DNA from: Candidatus Latescibacterota bacterium
GTDB taxonomy: Bacteria; Latescibacterota; UBA2968; UBA8231
Assembly: GCA_965208105.1 (NCBI GenBank)
Contig: OZ242318.1
Span: 2,208,001-2,272,000 of the forward strand
DNA length: 64,000 bases
Direction of reading: 5' to 3'
In this document: piece after piece, positions 38,280-46,367 of the stretch
How the letters are laid out: each line of letters starts with the position of its first letter
Numbering within the stretch: position 1 is the first letter of the stretch
Translations under genes and position numbers: made by a program
Notes under the pieces: generated by a model
What the model was told of the DNA's origin: nothing
Seen by the model: only the letters and a program-made list of their open reading frames with translations
Database searches by the model: none

Positions 38280-38445
38280 AGTGTCCCGTCGCAGAGATAG
38301 GTTGACGCAATTGGGCCGCCGAGGCGCCCGGCTCACAAGGCGCCTGAGCGAGTCGTACCAGTGGTGTACGGCGAGTGAAGGCAACGCCGTGAGCCGGGAT
38401 GGATCGGTGGAATAATGGCGACATATCTCTGCGACGGGACACTAG
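38280..38445. mobile_element. MITE copy 3 (left terminus interrupted by the IS110 element)
   Basis: AGTGTCCCGTCGCAGAGATA...TATCTCTGCGACGGGACACTAG; the missing CT lies at 36730-31; overlaps the lnt TAG. Confidence 0.9.
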
Positions 38446-40040
38446 TTGCGCGCGAAAACCCCCTTCACTCTGACGGCAACCAAGCCGGCCAGGCAGACGA
38501 CCGCGCCCAGCAGCATGGCGCGGGCGAAGAGGTCGCCGTGGCGCGTGTAGAAGGTGAGACCGCCCCCGACGTCAACGTCTCCCACCCGCACGGCCGGCTC
38601 GAAAATCCCGGTGGCCTGGTAGGTTCGCCCGAAGGGATCAATGAATAGGGAAATCCCACTGGTGGCGCAACGGGCGATGGAGGTGCGGTTCTCGACGGCG
38701 CGAAGGACGGCCAGTTGCGCGTGCTGGTATGGTCCGGCGGTGCGCCCGAACCAGGAGTCGTTGGTGATGTTGATCAACAGCTGCGCCCCCGCCTGCACGC
38801 GCTGCCGCGCCAGATCGGGAAAGACGGATTCGAAACATATGAGCACGGCGAAGGTCGCTTCGGAATGGCTGAACAAGGTGTGTTCCCTGCCCCTGGCGAA
38901 CTCGGCCGGACCGAGATCGCCGGTGAGGGCGGTCCAGTCGATCCCGCGCAGCAGGGGGATGCTGTCCCGGAAGGGGGTGCGTTCGCCAAAGGGGACCAGG
39001 TGCATTTTGGCATAGACCTGCAGATCGGGGTGCCCGGGACTGGCGAAAAAGGCTGAATTATAGGGCTCGCCGCCCGATGGACCATAGTCCGAGGCCCCGG
39101 TGAGCAGGGGTATCCGCAGGTCCTTCACCAGTCGCTCCACCCTGCCCCTGCAACCGGGGCGCCAGCGCAGGTAACAGGGCAGGGCGGTCTCGGGCCAGAC
39201 GAGAAGGGCGGGATTCCGGGCAGCCGCCTGTCGCGACAAGCTCTCGAGGGTGGCAAAGCTGCGGCCGAGGCCGCCGGGCCCCCATTTCTCCTCGCGGGAC
39301 AGGTTGGGCTGGACCAGGGCGACCCGCATTTTCGGGCCCGGCAGGGACGAGGGCGGTATCGAAGCGCGGCCGTGGACCCAGGGTCCCGCTATCCACAGAA
39401 CCAGACCACCCAGCAGCGCCGTCCGCCGCCGGATCCCCATGGGAGCGGCGAGAATGAGAAATACCAGCACATTGACCAGGGCGAGCCAGAAGGAGACCCC
39501 GTAGACCCCGGTAATCGAGGCGTACTGGATCAGGGCGGGAAAGACCGCCTGGGTGTTGCCCAGAAGCAGCCAGGGGAATCCCAGCTCGCCCAGCGAGAGC
39601 AGGTACTCCTGGGCCGACCACAGGACGGGAGCCAGGAGCAGGGCGCGCCGGCCCCAGCGCTGCATCGAGCCGCCCAGCAATCCGGCGAATACGGCGATGA
39701 ACAGGCCCAGGTAGGCGGCCATGAGCACGGTGCCGCCTACTACGGCCGGTCCTCCTCCCTGGGTGTGGGCGACCCAGTAGAGACTGCACAGATTGAAGGT
39801 GAAGCCGGTAACCCATCCCCGCCGAAACCCCTCTTTGAAACCACAGCCCTGCAGGGCCGCGAACAGGGGGATCAGCGCAGTCCAGGCCCAGCCGCCGTGA
39901 TAGAGAATGGCCAGAGGATTTTCGGGATGGCAGGGAAAGGACAGGGCAAGCAGCATCCCCGACAGTATGGGGAGTATGCATCCGCGGAAATGCCGGTTGG
40001 AGCCGGTGAGGGCCAGGCTGGCTGCGGAGATCTGGAGCAT
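38442..40040 (-). CDS. lnt: Apolipoprotein N-acyltransferase
   Basis: GFPW, VWPETA, KMHLVPFGE, ICFE, NITNDSW, RAVEN. Confidence 0.95.
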   Translation of the reverse strand: MLQISAASLALTGSNRHFRGCILPILSGMLLALSFPCHPENPLAILYHGGWAWTALIPLFAALQGCGFKEGFRRGWVTGFTFNLCSLYWVAHTQGGGPAVVGGTVLMAAYLGLFIAVFAGLLGGSMQRWGRRALLLAPVLWSAQEYLLSLGELGFPWLLLGNTQAVFPALIQYASITGVYGVSFWLALVNVLVFLILAAPMGIRRRTALLGGLVLWIAGPWVHGRASIPPSSLPGPKMRVALVQPNLSREEKWGPGGLGRSFATLESLSRQAAARNPALLVWPETALPCYLRWRPGCRGRVERLVKDLRIPLLTGASDYGPSGGEPYNSAFFASPGHPDLQVYAKMHLVPFGERTPFRDSIPLLRGIDWTALTGDLGPAEFARGREHTLFSHSEATFAVLICFESVFPDLARQRVQAGAQLLINITNDSWFGRTAGPYQHAQLAVLRAVENRTSIARCATSGISLFIDPFGRTYQATGIFEPAVRVGDVDVGGGLTFYTRHGDLFARAMLLGAVVCLAGLVAVRVKGVFARN

Positions 40041-40498
40041 CGGCTGCCGGGGTGGTGAGTTATGAGGCCGTGGAGAAGTGCGGAGACGGGCGCGGGCAGG
40101 GATGGAGCATGGCCGGCAAATATAGACCGGTGCGCGGCGGCGGGCAAGGAAGGTGGCACGAATTCTGCTTCGACGGAGGTTGCCCGGTCCGTCCCGGATT
40201 TGGTGAAGGACCCGATTGCAATGGTAGCTGCAGGGCAGTGAGCGGGCTGTCCCCTTGAACCCCTTCCGCTGCCCCGGTCTTCCCCCGGGCCGGCGCAAAT
40301 GGAGGAAGGAAAATTCGCCCGGAAATTTCCTCATGGTTTCTTCCGGGTGCTATGTTGGCAGGAGAGGAGAACAGGAATGGTTCGTTTCTTACACGCATCG
40401 GCCGGAGAGGCAGGAGAATCATGCACTCGGAAGTAAGCTGGGAAGAAAAAAATTTGAACAACGGGGTCGGATGCCTGCCGCCAAGGAAAGGTTCCCCC

Positions 40499-41161
40499 AT
40501 GGCAGAAGTGGCTCCGGTGGAGCTGCCGAGGGAACGCCTGGCCAGGCACGGGGTCGAGGCGCTGAGGGACTGCGAGCTGCTGGCCATCTTGCTGGGCACG
40601 GGCTACCGGGGTCACAATGTCATGCAGGTGGCACAGGCCGTGCTCGACCGGCATCCGAAGGAGGAGCTGATCGCCATGCGACTGGAGGAGCTGAGCCGGC
40701 TGAAGGGACTGGGAAAAGTCAAGGCCGCTACCCTCGTGGCGGCCTTCGAGCTCGCCCGCCGTGGACTGCAACTGGGAATGGGGATCATGCCGGCCATTTC
40801 AACCCCGGCGGAAACCGTGCACCTGCTGGCTGAGATCAAGGACCAGCGCAAGGAATTCTTTCTTTGCCTCTACCTGAATGCGCGCAACCAGGTGATCCAC
40901 AAAGAGGTCATCTCCATCGGCAGTCTGTCGGCATCGATCGTGCACCCGCGCGAGGTCTTCCAGGTGGCGGTGCAGCACTCGGCCGCCGGGGTCATCCTGG
41001 CTCACAACCACCCATCGGGCGACGTGTCGCCGAGCAAAGACGATATCGACCTGACCAGGCGCCTGGTGCAGGCCGGCGACATCATGGGCATCGAGGTACT
41101 CGACCACATCATTATCGCCGCGGCCGATTTCCTCAGTCTCAAGGAGCGGCGGCTGATGTAG
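40499..41161 (+). CDS. radC: RadC/UPF0758 JAB-domain protein
   Basis: PRERL, VHPREVF, HNHPSGD..PS..D, LDHII. Confidence 0.95.
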   Translation: MAEVAPVELPRERLARHGVEALRDCELLAILLGTGYRGHNVMQVAQAVLDRHPKEELIAMRLEELSRLKGLGKVKAATLVAAFELARRGLQLGMGIMPAISTPAETVHLLAEIKDQRKEFFLCLYLNARNQVIHKEVISIGSLSASIVHPREVFQVAVQHSAAGVILAHNHPSGDVSPSKDDIDLTRRLVQAGDIMGIEVLDHIIIAAADFLSLKERRLM

Positions 41162-41294
41162 GCCTGGCAGGACCGGGTATTGTATGCGGATTCAAATTTT
41201 ATTATTGTCTTTGAACAGGATGTTCGAGACAGGATCCGCCGTTCCCCCGTCCATTCGTCAGACCGAGGATTTGCTCCCGGCCAGGTAGGCGCCC

Positions 41295-42008
41295 ATGAAA
41301 CACGATGAAAAAGACCTGATACCGGTACAGATTCTCAGTATCTATCCGCAGGCTGAGCTGCAAAACGAAACCTTCATGGTTTTCCTCAAAAGCGAAAAGG
41401 ATAAGAGGATCGTTGCCATTACCATCGGCCGCAACGAAGGGCAGGCCCTGGTTCTGGCGGTGAAGCAGATCCCTCCTCCCCGCCCCTTGACGCACAATCT
41501 GTTGAGCGACTTCCTCGAGAAGATCAAGGCCAAGGTGCACAGGCTGGTCATTCACACCATGAAGGACGGAGTTTTCCACGCCTACTTGCTCGTTCAAACC
41601 TCGGAGCAGGTCCTCCATCTCCAGTGCCGGTCGAACGATGGGATAATCCTGGCCATCCTGATGGAGGTGCCGATCTACCTGAGCCCGGAGGTAATGGAGG
41701 AAGTCGGCCTTGAGTTCGAGCTGCCCGAGGTCTCCGAGTTGAACGCGGGTCTTGCCGGATTGATGGAAGGGCTGCAGATGAGCTCAAGCGGAGAGGCCGG
41801 CAAACCGGAGAAGCCAGGGCTGGAAGCGGAGGAGGGGAAGGTCGAGCCTGCCGGCGAGCCAGTCGCCGAAGTCGAGGCCGAGGAAGTGGTCGCCGGCAAG
41901 GACGAACTGGAAATACTCAAGGCCCAGCTCGACCGGCTCGTAGCCGAGGAAGCCTACGAGGAAGCCGCCAAGATCAGAGACCGGATCAGCGCCCTGGAAA
42001 GCAAGTAA
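41295..42008 (+). CDS. Bifunctional nuclease (DUF151) family protein with UVR domain
   Basis: ITIGRNEG, PRPLTHNL, C-terminal EEAYEEAAKIRD. Confidence 0.85.
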   Translation: MKHDEKDLIPVQILSIYPQAELQNETFMVFLKSEKDKRIVAITIGRNEGQALVLAVKQIPPPRPLTHNLLSDFLEKIKAKVHRLVIHTMKDGVFHAYLLVQTSEQVLHLQCRSNDGIILAILMEVPIYLSPEVMEEVGLEFELPEVSELNAGLAGLMEGLQMSSSGEAGKPEKPGLEAEEGKVEPAGEPVAEVEAEEVVAGKDELEILKAQLDRLVAEEAYEEAAKIRDRISALESK

Positions 42009-42133
42009 GGCGAGGCAGTCCCCCCAGATCCTTCCGGTATCACATCCCAAAAATTCATCAGACCCGCCCTTCGTTCCCGGCACCGGGTCGCGACCTGAGA
42101 ACCTGCTTGCTTCCGGGCTGTCAGGGGGCCGAA

Positions 42134-42829
42134 TCAGTCGCTGCCCTCCAGCAGATAGGTCAGCACATCGGCCATCAGGCCGTTGATTGCCCGGTACCTG
42201 CCCCGGCCGGCCCCGAGGATGGTGGTCTCGGACTGTACATATCTGGACGGCGACAGTTCGTCGCGGCAGTTGGAGACCAGCGCCCGGGCCGATTCCGGCG
42301 TCGTCTCAAGGTGGAATTGCAGGCCGATAACGGAGCGGCCGAGCTGAAAGGCCTGGTTCTCACAGCCTGGGCTCCTGGCCAGCCGCACCGCCCCCGGCGG
42401 CAGGTCGAAGGTCTCGCCGTGCCAGTGGAATACCTCCACGGAGGAGGGGAAGCGGAATCCCGACCCCGCGCCGGACCCCACTCCCTGGATGGGAAACCAC
42501 CCGATCTCCTTGAAGCGATTCCCGAATACCCTGGCGCCCATGGAGCTGGCGATGAGCTGGGCCCCGAGGCAGACGCCCAGCACCGCCTTGCCGGCCTCGA
42601 TGGCTGCCCCGATGAACTGTTTTTCGCGGACGAGCCAGGGGAACTTCTTCTCATCGTTGACGCTCATGGGTCCGCCCATGGCAACGACCATATCCACGTC
42701 ATCGAGATCCGGCAGAATCTGAGATTCGAAAAAAGGGGTGCTGGTTATCTCGTAGCCCGCCTCCATGAACCAGGGCTCCATGCTCCCCAGACCTTCGAAC
42801 GGGACGTGCTGCAGGTAATGAACGCGCAT
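42134..42829 (-). CDS. Type 1 glutamine amidotransferase
   Basis: MGGPMS, GVCLGAQL, QFHLE. Confidence 0.92.
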   Translation of the reverse strand: MRVHYLQHVPFEGLGSMEPWFMEAGYEITSTPFFESQILPDLDDVDMVVAMGGPMSVNDEKKFPWLVREKQFIGAAIEAGKAVLGVCLGAQLIASSMGARVFGNRFKEIGWFPIQGVGSGAGSGFRFPSSVEVFHWHGETFDLPPGAVRLARSPGCENQAFQLGRSVIGLQFHLETTPESARALVSNCRDELSPSRYVQSETTILGAGRGRYRAINGLMADVLTYLLEGSD

Positions 42830-42860
42830 ACCCCACCTTTCTGTTGAATCGCCGCTCCCA

Positions 42861-45092
42861 TTATTTCAGATTGACGCTGACCACCTCGTGGATCTCCACT
42901 TTGGGCACCACGATGCTGCCGTCGCCGGCGACCTCCAGCTCCCGGTCCCTCATGGGTAGGGAAGCGCTGCGCACCTCGAAGGCGGGAAGGCGCACGATTA
43001 CGTCGTGGACCGGTGGGATCTCGTCCAGGTAGAAGTGGGTGCGGTGCTGCGCCACCGGCTGCGACCAGGGAAGGAAGGCGAGAGGATTGTTGAGCAGGTG
43101 AATGTTTATGGTCCCGGGCCCGAGCCGGGTCGCCGTCACCTCTATGGCTTTATGCGCCTGCACTTCTATGGGCTCCCGGGCCTGGCGCACCAGATAGGAG
43201 AGAAAGCGCCGCAGTTGGGGCAGGGGATGGCACTCGTAGCCCGCCCCCACGTCGCCGCAGATGTAGACGGCCGTGCCGCGGCCGAAGCTGTTGCTGGTGA
43301 CGGCCGGTTCCCCCGAATCGTAGTCCATTCCGGCGTAGAAGTTCTTGAGCGGGGCATCGCTTGTCCACCTCAGACTGCTCTTGGTGCAGAGGACCTGGGC
43401 GGCGCTGCCCGCTGGAACGGATACGGAGGACTGGGGCGCGCCGAAACAGACGGCCAGGCCGAAGCGGTCGCGCAACTCCCCGGTCTGGGGAACGTAGATA
43501 TTGCTCTCGTCCGCTTTGGCGATGCGGCCGTACCTCATCTCCTGGACCTGCCTGGTCTTCGCGTCGATTTCCTCGCCTTCGGCCGCCTCCGCAACGTGAT
43601 CGACGCCGAAGACGTCCGCGAGCAGGAAGTTGTCCCGTGCTTGGCCGAGCTCGTCGTAGAGCGAGGTCTGGTGCGTGGCGATCACCCTGCCGCCGCGCTC
43701 CACGAAGCGCCGGACGGCGTCTCCTTCGGCGCTGGAGAGACAGGCGCTGTTGGACAGGAAGAGGACCTCGTAGCCCTCCAGGGCATCGCCTTCCAGTTGG
43801 CGGTCGAACACGTACTCCATGAGGAACTGGGAGCGGCTCAGGATTTCGTGGCCGCCGCGCAAAAGCTGCCAGTAGCGGTCGGGCTCGTTGCGGTAGGCCG
43901 GGGCGAAGTCGCGGGTCTGCTGCGATACGTGCAGGGCGAGATACTTTACCGTCTCGTCTCCAACGTGGTCGCGCAGCCTGAGGAGCTCGGAGAAGACCGA
44001 TTTCAAGGTGTCGCCATAGAGGGTATGCTCGCCGGCATCGAGGCAGGTGGTGACCGAAGCGCCGCCGTGGGCGACCGCGGTCAGGCCGTAGATCATCGCC
44101 GAGTAGGGCTCGGGATAGGGCGCGCTGTGGGAGACGCAGTCCACCAGGGACTGGGTCGCCCACAGCCAGATGCCGAAGGGGACCCCCGTGGCCTGGCAGA
44201 TCTTGGTCGGCACGCCCGGACCCATGTTGTCGAGGCCTGCCTCCACGAACAGGCGGGTTCCCATGTCCATGGGATTGAGCGGGTGGCCCGTCATCCAGCC
44301 GATGTCGGGTCTGCCGTAGGGGCGGCAGTAGTAGTTGAAGTCGACGATGGCGTCGGGATGGCGCTGGTGCAGCTTCCGGGTGAAATGCTCCATAGCTTCG
44401 ACGAATTTTTCGTAGCGCCAGTTGACGAAGCGCCTGAAATCCGCCGAGTCCATGTCCACCTTGACCTGCAGCTCGCGACCCGTCTCCCTGCGGTAGAGAT
44501 CGCGGCAGTAGGAGCAGTGGCAGCCGCCGGTGCGGCGCTGGTTGTGGTCCGAGTGCGACCCCCAGTTCATGTCGTCGAAGTAGATCCCGTCGAAGTCGAG
44601 ATGGTCGAGGATCTCGCTCAGGTACTCCGGCAGCCAGTCGCGGAAGGGCGAGTTCCAGCAGAACCAGCCCTCGTTCCAGACCTCTTCGCCGCCGTCGTCG
44701 AGCATCTGGATCATCCACTCGGGACGGAGATCGGCCAACTGGTAGTTGAAGATGAAAGGGTAGTAGGTCAAAACGATCATGCCCTTTTCGTGGGCCATGT
44801 CCAGAAAGCGCGGAATCGCCTCCAGGTCCAACTCGTCGGGCGGGGTGAGAATCTTCGACGGGTAGAGGGGGATTCCCCGGGTCCTGAATCCGGATATGGC
44901 CCAGACCTCGGTGCCCGCCGCGTGGATGGCCTCGACCTCCTCTTCCATGGAAGGACAGGGAACGGACTCGTCCACCGGACCCAATATCCTGTCCGGGGCG
45001 AGGCACCTGGGGTAGTGCTCTATGCGGCAGACTCGTTTGTCGTAGGGCATCGCCTGCAGACGCTGGGCGGTTGATCCTTTGCCATGCTCCAT
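42861..45092 (-). CDS. Glycoside-hydrolase-like protein with beta-galactosidase trimerisation domain
   Basis: DGIYFDD, CHCSYC Cys cluster, LSNSACLS..FVERGG..IATHQTS. Confidence 0.8.
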   Translation of the reverse strand: MEHGKGSTAQRLQAMPYDKRVCRIEHYPRCLAPDRILGPVDESVPCPSMEEEVEAIHAAGTEVWAISGFRTRGIPLYPSKILTPPDELDLEAIPRFLDMAHEKGMIVLTYYPFIFNYQLADLRPEWMIQMLDDGGEEVWNEGWFCWNSPFRDWLPEYLSEILDHLDFDGIYFDDMNWGSHSDHNQRRTGGCHCSYCRDLYRRETGRELQVKVDMDSADFRRFVNWRYEKFVEAMEHFTRKLHQRHPDAIVDFNYYCRPYGRPDIGWMTGHPLNPMDMGTRLFVEAGLDNMGPGVPTKICQATGVPFGIWLWATQSLVDCVSHSAPYPEPYSAMIYGLTAVAHGGASVTTCLDAGEHTLYGDTLKSVFSELLRLRDHVGDETVKYLALHVSQQTRDFAPAYRNEPDRYWQLLRGGHEILSRSQFLMEYVFDRQLEGDALEGYEVLFLSNSACLSSAEGDAVRRFVERGGRVIATHQTSLYDELGQARDNFLLADVFGVDHVAEAAEGEEIDAKTRQVQEMRYGRIAKADESNIYVPQTGELRDRFGLAVCFGAPQSSVSVPAGSAAQVLCTKSSLRWTSDAPLKNFYAGMDYDSGEPAVTSNSFGRGTAVYICGDVGAGYECHPLPQLRRFLSYLVRQAREPIEVQAHKAIEVTATRLGPGTINIHLLNNPLAFLPWSQPVAQHRTHFYLDEIPPVHDVIVRLPAFEVRSASLPMRDRELEVAGDGSIVVPKVEIHEVVSVNLK

Positions 45093-45283
45093 GTCTGGTC
45101 CTTCCGGGAATGGAATCCGGCTCGACTGCCGGTTTCAGGCGCAAGTATATCCCGGCCCAGGAGCAGCGTCAAGTGCGCTTTCCGGATGGGTGGAAGTATT
45201 TACATTGCGCCGGAAAATGGCCAATATCTATCTCACCCGAGCACCGCGAAACACACCACCACTCAGCCGAGGGGCAGCGCCCA

Positions 45284-46294
45284 ATGACCGATCCCAGGCC
45301 CGTCAAATGGGGCATACTCAGCACCGCCAGAATCGGCGTCACCGCCTTCATCCCCTCGGCCCGCGCAACTCCCGGCGCCTTGGTCCAGGCGGTGGCCAGC
45401 CGCAGCCAGGACACCGCCGACGCCTTCGCCCGGAAGCACCAGGTCCCGGTCGCCCTGGGCAGCTACCAGGCCCTTCTCGACCACCCCGAGGTCGACGCGG
45501 TCTACATCTCCCTGCCCAACTCGCTGCACGCCGAATGGACCATCAAGGCCGCCCAGGCCGGCAAGCACGTCTTCTGCGAAAAGCCCCTGGGCCTCACCGC
45601 GGAGGAGGGCCGGCGGATGGTGGACGCCTGCCGCCGGGCCGGGGTGCTGCTCTTCGAGGCTTTCGTCTTCCTGCACCATCCCCAGAGCCGGCGCCTCAGG
45701 GAAATCATCGCGGCGGGAGAAATAGGCGCCCTGCGCCACATCAACGCCGGCATGACCTTCCTCCTGGACAGGCCGGGCGACATCCGCCTCAACCCTGAGC
45801 TGGGCGGCGGCTGCATCTACGACGGCGGGGTATATCCCATCACCTTCTCCCGCTTCATCGCCGGCGCCGAGCCCCTCAGCGTCCAGGCCCACATGCGCTT
45901 CCACCCCGAGGCCGGGGTGGATGTGGCCACCTCGCTCATCCTGGAGTACCCCGATGGTCTCACCGCCACCCTGTACTGCGGCTTCGAGGGCCGCGGCGGT
46001 TCCCACGCCCATATTACCGGGGACCGCGGCCGCCTGGTGGTGCCCGTTCCCTACCATCCCGGCACCGAGGACGGATTCGAGGTGGTCATCGGCCCCAACG
46101 AGAACTGCCTGAGACGCACCGAGACCCTGCGCACCGGCGTGCCGCCCTTCCAGCCCGCCATCGACTTCTTCCAGCAATGCCTGCGTGGAGAGGAGACCCC
46201 CGCCTACATGGCCGACCACGCCGAAGGCACGCTCAAGGTGGTCGAAGCCGCCTTCGAGTCGGCGCGCAGCGGACGGCGGGTGGAGCTGGCCTGA
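45284..46294 (+). CDS. Gfo/Idh/MocA oxidoreductase
   Basis: WGILSTARI, AVYISLPNSLH, CEKP. Confidence 0.93.
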   Translation: MTDPRPVKWGILSTARIGVTAFIPSARATPGALVQAVASRSQDTADAFARKHQVPVALGSYQALLDHPEVDAVYISLPNSLHAEWTIKAAQAGKHVFCEKPLGLTAEEGRRMVDACRRAGVLLFEAFVFLHHPQSRRLREIIAAGEIGALRHINAGMTFLLDRPGDIRLNPELGGGCIYDGGVYPITFSRFIAGAEPLSVQAHMRFHPEAGVDVATSLILEYPDGLTATLYCGFEGRGGSHAHITGDRGRLVVPVPYHPGTEDGFEVVIGPNENCLRRTETLRTGVPPFQPAIDFFQQCLRGEETPAYMADHAEGTLKVVEAAFESARSGRRVELA

Positions 46295-46367
46295 GAGAAC
46301 GGGGAAGATCGTTACCAGGACCGGAGGGAGCGGGACGGGGGAACTTCAATCGGAAGAAGAGGGCCCG

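Larger units (their letters stand above)
36732..38281 (+). mobile_element. IS110-family (IS1111-group architecture) insertion sequence
   Basis: AG core at both ends (36732-33, 38280-81); 13-bp sub-terminal IRs TATGTATTGACGG (36738-50) and CCGTCAATACATA (38265-77); long 3' non-coding region; TTGACA at 38258. Confidence 0.9.
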
